Below, in pieces: positions 12,408 to 25,770 of a DNA stretch of 64,000 nt; the stretch's first letter is position 1, and each line of letters starts with the position of its first letter. A model generated the notes under the pieces. It did no database searches. It was not told where the DNA came from and saw nothing but the letters and a program-made list of their open reading frames with translations. The position numbers and the translations under genes were made by a program. Source of the stretch: Marsupella aquatica (lineage: Eukaryota; Plantae; Marchantiophyta); assembly GCA_973895155.1 (NCBI GenBank), contig OZ316894.1, positions 9,585,440 to 9,649,439 of the forward strand, read 5' to 3'.

Positions 12408-15281
12408 CTATGGAACTGATGGAACGGTGCCAGTAAACTTGTTGCCTCTCAAGTTGAGAAACACCATGCCCGGCTTGACGATGTCAGCTGGAACTGTTCC
12501 GTCCAGCCTGTTGTACGAAAGATCCAAGTAGAAAACATTTTTCAAAGCGCGGACGAACGACTCAGGAATAGGACCGAACAGCTTGTTGTAGCTTGCATCG
12601 AGAGTGCCCACGACGGACGAAAATGTCGATGTAGGAAGCTTCTTATTGAAATGATTTCTGGAGAAGTTAGCCTGCGCAAACGCCAGTTACACATACGAGG
12701 TTTAGAATCCTGCAACACAAATTAAATTAGTCTCGAGCAATCAAACGATCACCAGCCGGAATAAAAAAGTTGTGATATATACTCGCCTGGAAGAGAACAG
12801 GGAGCTGCAGGAAGGCAACCGGCAGAGCCCCGTCGATCTTGTTCATCGAGATATCAAAGTTATTGAGATTGGTCAGTAACGCCAACCACGACGGAAATGG
12901 TCCCGTAAACAGGTTGTTGTTGAGGGAAAGGGTCTCAATCAATAGTTTAGCGGGCAGATCCTTGGGAGTGGCCGTGGGAGATAAGCCGGTGAGCCGATTG
13001 GACGACAGATCAACGTAAACCGCTGATAAAAGGGACAGTGGAAATGCCCCCGAGAAGAAGTTGTTGTTGGCGAAGAATTCCTGTTCGCTCATAAAATACG
13101 CAGAAAAATGAAATTCGTTAGAATAAAAGGTTTATGGTGATCGAGATACTGAAGGAATAGATATATTCTCGAGCTTTCTGAGCTTGAAATCGCAATTCTT
13201 CATTTTCATGAAAGATAATGACCATGGACTAACTGCAGTATTTACAACGTAATTACCCACCCCTATGTTTCCCAGATTGTTGGGGAGAGAGCAGCTCAAA
13301 TAGTTGTTCGCGATATCGATGCTGAGCTGGTTAGCAGCGGGCACATTCCCGAACTCCGAGGGAAAGCAACCCGTGAGACGATTGTTGAGGAGCTGCAGCG
13401 TTTGGAGCATAGGAAGCTTGGCAAGTTCTTTAGGAATCGGACCCGACAATTTGTTGGTGTCCAGATCCAGGTACACTAGATGTGGAAAAGATCCCAACTG
13501 GGGAGGGATCAGTCCTTCAAGTTGGTTCTGAGACAGGCTGAGGGAAATCAGGTTCGTCAGCTGGCTCAGCACGGGCGGAATTGGCCCGGACAGCTGATTC
13601 TCGCTGAGCAGCAGAAATTGAAGGTTTGACAACCTCCTCAGAGTGACCGGGATCGGACCAGAGAACAGATTATTAGAAAGATCCAGCACAGTCAGCGTTC
13701 GTAGAGCACCAAAGATTGGTGGAATCTCACCTGCAGGACAATTCAGAACCACTGTCAAGGACTACATAATTCAGCAATGGCACATCATTGGCATCCGATC
13801 GAATATTCAGAGCCGGAGGTCCTGGAGTCAGGCGAGGTGAGTTAAGATAGCGCACCTGAGAGCCGATTCGCACCGGCGCCAAATGTGGAGATGCTCGTCC
13901 ATCGGTAGATACACGACGGGATGCCCCCGGTGAGGGAGTTCACAGAAATGTCCAGACTCACGATCTTCACCAGATTGCAAAGTTCCGCGGGGATTGAGCC
14001 GCCGAAACCCGAATTGAGGGTGAGTGTGACAAGATTGGTGAGCTGCCCCCACGACGGTGGGATGGGCCCGGTGAAGTTATCGCCGCCGAGAATGAGGGAT
14101 GTCAGCAGCGAGAGCTTGCCCACTGATGAAGGGGCCGGTCCGTTGAAGAAGACGTTCGTCAACGTTAGAGTCGTTAACTTGACAAGGTTGCCCAACGTTC
14201 CACCAACTACGCCTGAATAGCTGCGGGGTCGAGATCCGACAGAAGCTCAGAATTCCAGTCCATGGTCAGAAGTTTACACAAAAATCTCTATCCATCGACC
14301 AAGCGATCAAACTTAACAGGCTCAAACTTCCGTCGGATTGAGCCACTGAGTAAAATTATAAGATGCAACTCACGGTGCAATTCCACTACCCTTGAAACTG
14401 AAAGAAATCGACCAGTAGAAATTTTCACTATAAATAATGTGAACACCAATGTGGATTTCATCATCAGTACGTCTATTTGGAGATACTCCTAGTGGGTGTG
14501 TTTCGGGCGCCAATATCGTCTACCGATTCCATAGCAGCTTTTGAATTAATTGATGGATGGAAAAGTCTGCAGGGAGGAGAAGAAGCGCCTGAAGCTAGGC
14601 CTAGATTAGGAAGGCTCGGATTAGCAATCCCACCTCCCCGACTGCTGTACACGATTCAATGTGGACTAATTGGTTTGAACTATACAACATTGCCCCAATC
14701 CACAACTTTCCAACGGAGAATACTTAGACGCACTTTCATTACCAACTACTGGATTCTCCCTCGAATTTACTCTTGCAAGCAATGTGCTCAATCCTTTGAG
14801 GACGCTTAGTTTGAAGGATGTAGAATCCGACGGAAAATGTGCGTAGCATTCTAAGAACTGCAGCAATAGCTTAACTTTCGTCGCTCGACCGTCTAGATCT
14901 ACCTCAGCACAGCACCACATTTAAACCAAGTGAACTTGCAACGGACAAAGTCAGACAATGGACGTACGAAAGATTTCGGGTAGGAGGAAAGCCTCGGTTG
15001 ATAGAAGGTGCTTGGACCACCAGCCTCTGAACTCGGCCCAACGACGAGCACGTCACGCCCAACCACGAGCAGCAGTCGGACCGAGTCGTCCAAGTCGAGA
15101 AGATACCACCCGGATCGACGAACCCCGCCTTGAACGCAAGCAGCGCCGCGCTATCGCCCGAGTCACACCTCACCGCCGCCGAAGCCCCATGAATGCTGCT
15201 CGCCAGCGAGAGAGAGAACACCAGCAGCGCCACCGTCAAAGTAGTCGACCTCAATCCCGCAGCTCCCCTCAGACTCGACAT
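12408..15281 (-). CDS. Secreted extracellular LRR protein (PGIP/DRT100/RLP-like, no kinase domain)
   Basis: Signal peptide, LRRNT cap (CDSGDSAALLAFK...WTTRSDCCSWLGVTC) and many plant LxxLxLxxNxLxGxIP repeats. Exons approx 15281-14968, 14220-13856, 13730-13261, 13080-12787, 12671-12408. Confidence 0.88.
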
Positions 15282-16036
15282 TGTCGATCGACCTGCCTGG
15301 GACCGAGCTCGAGCCGAGCCCAAATTAATCAATGTCGTTTCGAACAACATGCTCTAACAGCTGCGGCTAGCTACAGACGTGGTCGAATCGATCAATAACA
15401 CATGAATGGCATCGATCGATCAGCTACCCAGCTTCGAAATCAATGCTGCACACTCAATTCGCTTCGTAACTTCGTGACTTCGTGACTGGGATCGACTGTA
15501 AAGCAAGCGTTAGCTACTACAATTCGGGCGTCTTGAAATGAATATATACCAGGCTGTTGATCGGTGGTGATCGAGTGCAGGCTAGATCAAGGGTGCTACT
15601 GTGAAATCAAGTACTCGATCTCTCGGCATTGATCTCTCGGAAGGAGTCCAGGCACTGCAGCGTAAATACAACCGAGCCCAGTGGGCCGCCATGGTGGAAA
15701 TCGTGGGCCAGTCATGGGCTCTCGACGACCTGGACCTGGACCTGGACCCGAGCCTACGGAGCGGCAATTGTAAACTCAAATCCTGCTCAGTCGTGCGTGC
15801 TGTGGTGTTCCATTTCTCCCGCCCTGAATTTCTCCCCTGAACTCCCTCCTCATTTATTTTCAGTCGCTGCTTTCTCGCAATTCATTCCCATATATTGTTC
15901 ACAAATTCTCGTCTGTAGCTCTAGCTCTCGTTGACGCGCAATAGTCTACAGTTCGTTGACTCACACGGAACAAGAGTATAAGACTTACTGTTTTTTTAGT
16001 TAGTTTTAGACCACTGGACGAAACTGAAATCTCCAA

Positions 16037-16765
16037 ACCAACTGGCTTTGGTCAGTTGAGGATGAGCCTAGAACCGAGAGATCCCAGGTTCAATACTCCC
16101 TCCACATATAAGGGGTGTGGAGGGTATGTGTGTGTGTGGAGGGTATGTGTGTGTGTGGGAGTATTGATTATCTCCTCAGCCCTGGTTACTCACTTTGGGT
16201 TCTGGTTTAATACTCTCTCTCTCCTGGTCTGGGTCCCTGTCGGATCCCTGGGTATTGTCCCCTTGTGGCTGCCCTACATAGAAATGCATGCTCCAAAGCA
16301 GGACGTCTATCCTCTGTTGGATGGGCCTGCTTTCGGTTTTCAAGGCAAAAAGAAACTGAATCTCCAAAGTTTTTTTTTGGCTTTGAAATCAAAAGCTAAC
16401 CCTCCAAGAGAGGATAGGAGTTTAGGATAGAAGATAAACTCCTAACCATGCACTTCTGTAGGGTAGGTCATACCCACACCAGGAGGGAGAGAGGGTTAAA
16501 CCTTGGATGATAACCTATCCAAGAGAGTATAGACGATAGACTCCTAAGCATGCACCTCTCTAGGGTAGTCTGCAAGGGGTCATACCCACAACAGGAGGGA
16601 GAGAGGGTTAAACCAGAGCCATGGACCAGCCAGGGCTGAGGAGAATCCAGGAGTGCGCCTCACCCACGCACCCACCCACACACACTCCACAACCCTTGCT
16701 TGCAGGCGGGGATTGAACCTGGGACCTCTCAGTTCTAGGCTAATCGAGTGAAAATTAGGAGGACA

Positions 16766-16806
<41 letters not shown>

Positions 16807-16881
16807 ACCCTTGCTTGCTGAGGGGCATTGAACTTGGGACCTCTCTGTTCTAGGCTAATCCCCTGACCAAAGCCAATTGGT
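16037..16881. mobile_element. Inverted pair of tRNA-like SINE-type units with (CA)n tract
   Basis: 16037-16230 (+) is reverse-complementary to 16590-16745 and 16805-16881. Box-B-like GGTTCAAT(A/C)C, (CA)n at ~16767-16804, internal direct repeat 16438-16503 / 16539-16615. Confidence 0.6.
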
Positions 16882-17564
16882 CAAACCGCAAGGTTTTACG
16901 GCTATGGATTTTTACAACTGGTTGATTCTCCACCTGTGATTCGCTTAGTTTTGAGTTTGCATTTGCCACCTTCTTTTGTGTTTGGTGTTGTCTTCTCTTG
17001 ACCTCTTTTGATCTTACTCTAAAGTACTTTGTTTGGACGAGATAAAGAATTTTGTCCTCTTTTGTTTTACAAGTTGCCAAACTCACAGAGATTTGGGTTT
17101 TTGTTGCATTTGAAGGACTCTACTGTAGATGGCCTGTGAGTTCCCAAGGAGAAACCTAGACAGTCCTAAAGTCAGATTTCTGAAACGAAATACCTCAATA
17201 CACCAAATGTAAGGTACTTGAAACTAAGTATTGGATAGAGAGGAACTAAGTTTGCTAGGGGTGGTGGATATTTTGTGATTTTTCCTCATATGAAATTGCT
17301 AGTGGGAAACTGGGTTCTCTCCAAAATTCCCCCCCCCCCCCCCATAAGGATTCTTTGATTTATTTTCAAGCCGTGAAGACCTGAAGTTTCTACTTGGGAT
17401 CTGTGCACTGTCAACCAGAAGTTTCCGCCATCCACAGTCATACAACTCAAAGTACGTCCTGCGGCAAAAGAAAAATTTACTTCTACTCTATAAATTCTCT
17501 TCCTCACCCTTGCGTACTATTAAGGACGAAAGGCAATCTCGAGGGCAATCAATGTGGATTAGCA

Positions 17565-17850
17565 TTGATTACCCCATAAGTGCTGCCCGCTGCCCGCATG
17601 TGCTGTATCTGATTTCAGTTTAAGTACCTGGCGTGAATGTACCTCATCACGAATTGAGGAAGGGCTCAATGGTAGCCCAGATCAGTTGGGGAGTTGGAGG
17701 TCCCGGGTTCAAACCCTGCTGTATGTCAAGAATGCTTTTTAGCATTCACCCCACCCAAAAAGTGGGGATCATTCATGCTAGTAAAATTCGAAAAAAATGT
17801 GAGCGGGGCGGGCAGTAGGCGCAGGCAGGTGTACCCGAGGCTCTTAATGA
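17565..17850 (+). mobile_element. tRNA-like-core dispersed repeat (SINE/MITE-like), copy 2
   Basis: GGCTCAATGGTAG...GGTTCAAACCC then CATTCACCCCACCCAAAAAGTGGGGATCATTCA, homologous to 3135-3440. Confidence 0.5.
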
Positions 17851-19687
17851 GCCTCGAGATTGTCTTTCGTGGTGAATTGCGTACTCCACCCCCAGGAAAT
17901 TTAATGGAGGGCTTCAAGTTTTAGTAAGAACCCCCTAATGGGTTCATATGGGAGTATCACATCCCTCCATACCATGATAAACTTTTTTATTTTCTTTAAG
18001 TCAATGACTGCACACCTTAGATTACCACATATTGATGCGTGATTAGGGGCAGGGGGTTTAGCTTTTGGTTCCTTGGCTTTTCTTACCTTGTGCTTTTGTC
18101 CTGGTTCTTTTGGTTTGTGGCTCTTTGTTTTTTCTCCCTTGATTGGGTTTCTTGCCTGAGGGTTTTGTCTCCCGGTTGGGTGGGTGCTCTTTATTTTTTG
18201 GCATATTAGGCAGGGGGGTTCATATGAAAAGAAAAGAAAAAAAGTATTTCCCTCACAACGGGACAAAATTTTCTGTGTCCTGACAGGGTAGTGAACTAGT
18301 GATACTCCTCATGAATACCCCAGTTGACCTGGGTCCAGACTTTAATTAGTTTGAGGTGGCTTTAGTCATTACTGCCCACATGGCAATTTCCGTCCTGTAC
18401 TCCTGTAAGTGTATTGTCTACATGGCAAGGTAAAGTAGGTTTGCCGTCCACACTGAAGAGTTACTTTATAGTGTACTGACACCTTCGTGTGGCTGTTCAC
18501 GATGGTTTGACTATCTACATTATGCCACCCTTCAGAAAAACATAATTGCTTCGCTATCTTATTGTCCATGTCCAAATGACAAACAGGCTTTTCAGTCTAT
18601 ACATTCTGTGCCACGAGTCAGAGAAACATAATGGCGTCCTTATCCTATTGTCGTGTCCAAAACTCCAAATGACAAGGCTTTGGAGAAGGCTGGCTTTTGA
18701 ATCGACACTTTTCTTTACATATATGATATATATGTTAACGTCAATGGTTGGTAGCAATCTTGATTTATTGCCTGGGTCCCACTATTAAATGCAGCCGTAA
18801 TTTATTTATTACGATCCAGTGTATCCCACTCTTGGATATTGGCCTATTGGGGGTCTTTCCAGCTGAAGAAAAACGAGTGATCTCCAAATTTTGTGTGCAA
18901 AGGAAACTTGACTTTTCTGTGTGCAAAAAGGTTTTATAAACTGGCGATGGGGCAAAGGTCGGTGACGTATGAACCATGAGCTAGGACCTTTCTTGCAGCA
19001 CTGCACACACGGCGTCGACTATTAACAAGCAAACTCTGCATTTATGTGCATCCATGCATACAGTAAAAAGCATTCTGAAATGTCTAGACTGCACATATCC
19101 TCATGTCTTGACCTTTTGTGCATCTCCCAATAACGGCTAGCATGGATTAGCTGGTCCCAAAGGACAACAATAAATGAGTTCATGCATTGAATGGCTGGAC
19201 CAATGCAGCAATTAATGAGCTTCTTGTTGGGATACAATCTCCAACTGAATGTCCTCTTCTCCCTCGGGTGATGTTTATGTATAGTATGAAGAGCTACAAT
19301 GTTCCTAACTAGGGTTAGATAAGTAACCCTGGTGACTTAATTATTGTGTCATAACACTTCTCGTTTTCTAGAGTTCTCGTTTCTTAACCCAATCTGGACC
19401 ATTGATGGACGTTTCAATCTCAGATCTGGACCGTTGATAGACCTCAGGGGGTCGATCAAGTAACAAGTTTCATTTTGGGGGTCCATCAAGAAAATACCTC
19501 AGTAAAAACATTTTAAAAAGTCAGGTCCAACCCCACTCTGACTATGGAACTTTATCAGGATTTCAGGAACCAGGTTTTTTTGGTTGCTGAATATGTATCT
19601 GGAAGAGATTATAGAGTGGTTGACTCATTCCTAACTTTGTTGATGGGTGTTCAAGACATGTATATGTAATAAGTTACACACTTCAGT

Positions 19688-22000
19688 TTGCTATTGGGGA
19701 GGTTTTTCTTCGTCTTGTGTCTCGTACACTTTCATCGCAATATCGCTCTGCACTTTCGGATCATCTCTCTCCACATCAGTTTGCAGTGGACGTTCCTGGC
19801 TGTTGTGAGACAATTATTGGGGGTATTCGCGCGTGCTACCTTGGACCTCCACCCTGATTGGGTTTTCCTCCAGGTTGATGTCTCTAACGCTTTCAATACG
19901 GTTTCTCGGGCAGCCATTTTTCGTGCTTTGAGGGCGGCGGATCCAGACATCCAGTCCCTTATCCCCTTTGTCCGTTATTTTTATGGACTTGAGGCCCCGC
20001 TCTTCTATAGTCATCACACCTCTACTGGATTGTATACCACTCTTTCTTCTCCTGAAGGTACACTTCAAGGTGACCCTTTGGGTGGGCCTCTTTTTGCCAT
20101 TGCCTATTTTACAGCTTTACGGGAAGCTACCCCGGCCCACCCCCAGTGTATCTTCCCCTCCCTTTCATATGACACTCACATCATTGATCCCCCTGCCGCA
20201 GTTGCTTCTGCCCTTGCCACTCTTTCTACCCATTTGATGGGTCTCGGTTTACGGGTTCAGCCTATGAAGAGTCGTGCTTGGAGTCCAGTTGGGTTACCCT
20301 CTGATCTTGCGCTAGCTTCCCTGGGTTCTTAAGTCCAGCCGACGGTCTTCGGGTCCTTGGCTCCCCAATCGGTACCGCCTCCTTTTGCTCATCTCTCATC
20401 GTTGACGCTCTACAGGCGGCCTTAGCCCCTACTCCTATGCTCCCTAAGTTAGCAGATTCTTAGGCTGCATTTGGGATGTTGTTGAGGTGCGTCCACCCTC
20501 GTGCGTCTTATTTGACTAGGATGCATCCCCCTATCGAGGATCTTTGTCTCCACCTTCGAGCATTTGATGTCTCCATTCGAGAGACTATGGCCTCTCTTTT
20601 AGGGCCGGGTACATTGCTCTCATCTCAGTGGCTTCATCGACAGCTCAGTCTTCCTATTTCTCAGGGCGTGTTTGGGTTTACTCCCATTGAGCGCCTTGCA
20701 CCTTTGGCCTATTTGGGCGCGTGGGCGGCCGCCTTCTCATTGTTGGCAGATGGTTTCCTTATTGAGGACCGACCTTTTTTATTTTCATCTCTCACGGAGG
20801 TAGAGGAGGGTTCCCTCCCATTTCAGGTTCATTTGCGCGCAGCAAGGTCATCATTACCAGATCCCGTCCGAGCTGCGTTACCTTCATTTCAAGAGTTTTT
20901 ATCCTTGGACCCCGTCCATCTTCAGGCAGACCTTGTTGGGCATATGCACGCTTTCACCCTCTTCAGCATCCTCACTGAGGCACCTGACATGGACCAAGCT
21001 TGGATTCTTTCTTCCGAAGGAAAGGGCGCAGGAGGATGGCTTCAGGCCAATCCAGTTATTCCTCATCTTCGGATGTCTTCAGCAGAGTTCTCGACAGCCA
21101 TGCGTCTTCGTATGGGGCTGCCCCCACCCACTTCTTGTTGGTTTTACCTCCTTCTTGCACTTGTGGGAAGCCTTGTGATGCCACAGGTGTCCATCTTCTT
21201 TGGTACACTTTGGGCGGCGAAACCATTTTTGTTCACGATGATATGAGAGATGCGATTGCTCAGGTTCTCTCTAGCTCTTTGGTCAGCGTGCGGCGGGAGG
21301 TGGTGCTCGAGTTACCTGGTCCTCCATCACAGCGGTTGCAGGTGGATCTTACTATGGTCTGTGAGGGTCAATGTACTTTGGCTGATGTAGTAGTGGAAAA
21401 CCCATTGCGCCAAGACATCATTGGGACAGCGGCAACAACAGCAACGGCAGCGGCATCACGAGCGGCAACAACGAAGGAGGCCAAATATGTTGCCCGAGCT
21501 TCATGTGATAGCTTCCTCCCCCTTTCTCTTAAGATATTTAGGCATCTCCACCATCAATTCAACGGGCTTCTTCAAAAAGTTGCTCGGGATGTTCATGGTC
21601 GGATGGGTCCCACCGGACCCCCACTATTTGTTTTGACCACGCACTTTTGCCAACGCATTTGAGTCACCTTATAGCATGCTCAAGCTCGGGCCATCCATCG
21701 TTGATCTCTGACAATGGGTGCTAGTGTGCCTCCGCAGAGGCTAGCCCCCCTAGAGGACATTCCAGTCCCACTTGCTGATTTAGTTTCGACACTTGATGTG
21801 GACCATTAGCTATTAACCACATTAGCTAGGAATGATAAGGACCTTGGTCCATTTGCGGTCATTTTAGTTCCCCTTTCTTGGTTCTTAGAGGTTTCCTTTT
21901 GCTCACTTCTTTTGCATTTGGTTTTGCCCACTTGGGACCTCTTTTGTTTCTTCTTTTGTACTCTGTTTGGCCCTTTTCTGTAAAAAGTTTGTGTATATTT
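19688..22000 (+). mobile_element. 5'-truncated, inactivated non-LTR retrotransposon (RT plus CCHC plus restriction-like endonuclease; CRE-like)
   Basis: RT motifs AIGEVFLRLVSR, HQFAV..PG..E, DVSNAFNTVSR, GTLQGDPLGGPLF. C-terminal CTCGKPCDATGVHL and DLTM...DVVV...KEAKY...FLPL. Several in-frame stops and frameshifts. Possible TSD ACTTCAGT at 19680-19687 and 22001-22008. Confidence 0.85.
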
Positions 22001-24599
22001 ACTTCAGTACTTAACTCCTTAGTGAGTTTGCTTATGGGACTTCAAGATTTCAATCTAGGGTTGTTAGATGCTAATATCTACTATTTAGTGAAACTATCCC
22101 ATGGGGGTTGGGGCAGGTCATGATATGGGGCAGCTTTCCAATTGGACATGATAAATACTTCTGTGAACTAATAACTCACTTCTATCACTAACTTGTTCAG
22201 CATTTAAGATTGTTCTGTAGCTCCTTTGGATTATAGTGATTATTGACTGGAAACTGGAACATCGGTTCCCATCAGGAATCAAAAAAAGTTTGTGTGTTAC
22301 TAGAGGCATCTGAACCCCACTTTTGGAAGATTATGTGTGTAAACTCTCCTCAGATCAAAAGAACTTTTGAGTGTAACAAGAGGCGTCTGAACCCCACTTT
22401 TGGGGCGGGTGTGTGTTAAAAAGCTCTCGGTGAGTTTTGAACCCGACACCTTAGTCGTGCGCTACCAGTAGCCCATAGACTGCACGATGCTCTTAAGCGC
22501 CTTCTTTAGTTATTTAGTCTCAGTGTGCGGGAAACTACCGGCTACCGGCAGCTACCTACTAGTGGAACAGGCGCAATGCTACTGCATTTAATGTGAAACC
22601 TGTAATTTATAGAAGGAAATAACTAATAGGTATGTGAACTTAAAAAAGACATTGACAGGCAGTTAAAGCCCAGATGGACTGATACACCTGTCCAAAAGTA
22701 CATTGTCAAAATACCATATCATTATATCTGGTCAATTTTGTCCAAAAGGTATCATTTGCTAAATCAATATTGATTGCAGGTTCCATTGTATTCTCTTTAA
22801 TGTACTCTTGTTAGAGTATTGCCCCATTGCTTCCTTATCTCTTTCTTATGGTAATTGAAATTATCTGTAGACTAAGCACTTCACATTTTACTTCGAGCAC
22901 CTCAAGTAGTTTATTCAATGGTACAAAACAAAATGAACTCAATTTTACGCAAGAATATTTCTATCTCTGTAATAGATCAAGAAAACCCCACGGAAGAGGG
23001 TACCAAGTAGCACAATGACCCATGAACCAAAGTGGAACAATTCCCACCTGGAAACTAGGGGTAAACTTGATTTCCATAGAGCATTGTTATTGTTACTGGA
23101 GTGTAGTAATTTTTGTTGTTGCCAAGCCAAAATAAATAAATAAATTGCAAAAGCCTGATTGCTATAAAATCATATTCTTCATAAAGTTTTGCACTTGTTA
23201 TAATGAGGGATTTGACTAATTTTGGTATTGCAAAGCTACCTGAGATTTTAATCTAAGGGAATATTGTTGAGAATTTTTTCAGAGAGCTCTCCTCTTGTTA
23301 TAAAGAGAGCTTGGAGTAAATTTTCTGTCACGGTGCTCAAAGAAATCATATTTTTCAAATAACGTTGTTCAAATAACATGAGTGATAGTGGCCAAAAGCT
23401 GCACAACCTCAGGATGCTCTAACAATAGGAACCTAGAATTCTGTTTGCCATTTAATTCAATGCTCTTCTTGAGAGCCTTTACTTCATTTTCGTTCATCAT
23501 TTCATCCCGCTGAGAATCATACCAAATCTAAGTGATGGAACAGGCCAGAATTTGCATATACTGACTATTGGGTTTTAATGTCTCGTCTGCAAAATTAATC
23601 TCTGAAGCGAAAGAAATCAGGAAACACGCGTATACAAACTGCTTAGAGAAAAGTCTTACTCCATCCTATAATAAATGCACAGACGTGACAGTGGACAAAT
23701 GGCTGTTTTTAGTGATTTCATGCAGAGATTAGTTCCGATTCTAGCAAATGACGACCACAAACCTGACGATGATTGAAAAGAAGGGACAACTCGAAAATCA
23801 CCCATCAAAAGAGGCTTAGATGCCACAGAAATTCACACGAAAGCATAGTCAATCTTTCTAGACTAGAGCAATTTCAATCGAAGTGCTAATCTCTGGAAAG
23901 GAATGGACCATCAAAGATACCAAACTAGCTCTGAAACCAAGGCTTGAGATGAGAATGTCGAAGGCTTCATAATTCAATGGATCTTCCTTGTACAGTCGAA
24001 GCTGCAGATTCACTCCAAAGGCGTGCAGAGACTACTAGGAAACAAAAATCTGTCGGAATTCCAGAGAACGCATCGAGGGACAAATTCTCTCCAAGGAGGG
24101 CCATTGATCCTCGATGGCAAAGGGGTGATATTGTTATTGGGGATGACCCAATAACAACATCTTCCTCTGTCGTCTTCAATCCAATTAGTACGAAGCACTT
24201 CTTACAGCACCGGAGATTCTTCCTCTCAACTCTCTGGCAATCTAAGGTCCATCAAAGCTGCTAACAATTATCGCACGAACAGTTAACTTGCAGTCGAACA
24301 ATTCGGCGAAAGCGTGAATGCCCAATCGACACCGAGAACTCTCCAACAAGTCTCGAAGGATTCCAAATGAACCAAGCTACCCTGGGTTTCGCTCACTCGG
24401 AACCGGATACTACACACAGAAAAGCTCATACCAGACCCATGAGTCATAGAGCTACTGCGGGAAAGAAACAGAAGGGTGTCCTTTGTGCCACACAATCTCG
24501 TTTTCGTCACTCTGTCAAACATGGTAAGTCTCTTTCGCACAGCTGTTTTGGTCGAGAAATTGCACTATTGTTAAAAGCTCGTACTCCACTGCCGCAACA

Positions 24600-25770
24600 T
24601 GGATTTCGCTCACTCAGAGAGCTGGATAGTACACATAGAAAAGTTCATATCAGACCATGAGTTAGAGCAACTGGGGGAAATCTCGTTTTCGTCACTACCG
24701 TGGCCCCTCTTGGACCAAGATAGTTTCTTTCGTACACCTGTTTAGGTCCCGAGATTGCAGTATTGCTAAAAGCTCTTCCTCCACTGCTACCGCTGCCAGC
24801 ACTAGGACTACAGAGTCCACAGGTCCAAACGCGGCAAACGAATGTGAATGCAGATGAGTCCATGAATTTTTATCAACATAGTGTACATGAACAGTCATAT
24901 GATGGAATTTTCCTTTTGCCATAAAGACAATTCCACGCTTCCTCTGCAAGTTAGCTTCAAAAAGTTCCCGCTTCAAAAAGTTCCATGGTTCTGTAATCGT
25001 CTCTGACCGGATTGTGTACTTCCACTGTGTTTGCATCGTATGTAGTCTTGAAGGTGAATATTGAGTCTGTCATCCATGAGAACCCGCTTCCTCAGGTTAC
25101 GATGTTCTGGATCATAAATTCTCCCATCCTGAACGAAAAGGTCCCCGCCTTTTCCAAACTCTCCAAGTCGGTAGGCAAAGACGTCATGGGCTTGTTCCGA
25201 GTCCAAGTATTTTCTTTGGTGTCATAAGCCTCCGATCCACGAACATCCTTGAGACTATTCGTAACCCCCGAATACATAAATCTTCCAATTTGCAGCACTG
25301 GCGCATCCAAAATTCACTTTGGCCCCAGCATACTTGCACACAGTTTCCATTGCCTTTGCCCGGCTCAATCCAGTTCGAAGGCAGCCCCATCCTCCTTTCA
25401 CAATTTTCCTCACATGATAGGTATTTGCATTAATCCATATAGCATAATCTGGCGGTGGAGCAATCTCGTAGCAAACATTCTCTCTCACGGAATACAGGGC
25501 AATCGCTTCTTTCGATCCACGACGAGTGAGAGCAAACGATTCTGTTAACAAAGGGCGGACTCCTGCATCATAGACCCGGTAACTTCGAACTGTATGAACC
25601 CAGGCAAGGCTTACTATTGCTGAGGATTGGAAAACTGTCCATGGCAACTTCAGAGTTATGTTATGCAAGGTAAATCTCGTTCGGTTCGGAAGTCCCGGTA
25701 AAAGTTGCTCGCCATGCTCCTCTGTGCTGTGGATAGAGTCATTCGCTCCATTGCCTGTCATTCGCTCCAT
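24600..25770 (-). pseudogene. F-box/kelch-repeat pseudogene
   Basis: F-box start LLPGLPN and kelch motifs (FGCASAANWKIYVFGG; SEAYDTKENTWT...PM) are split over several reading frames. The 3' part is tandemly duplicated at ~24385-24595. Confidence 0.75.

Noticed and set aside
17660-17720. tRNA gene (also 3230-3295 and 16043-16100)
   Set aside because: Box A/B-like motifs only; I could not form a cloverleaf, and the segments are embedded in dispersed repeats.
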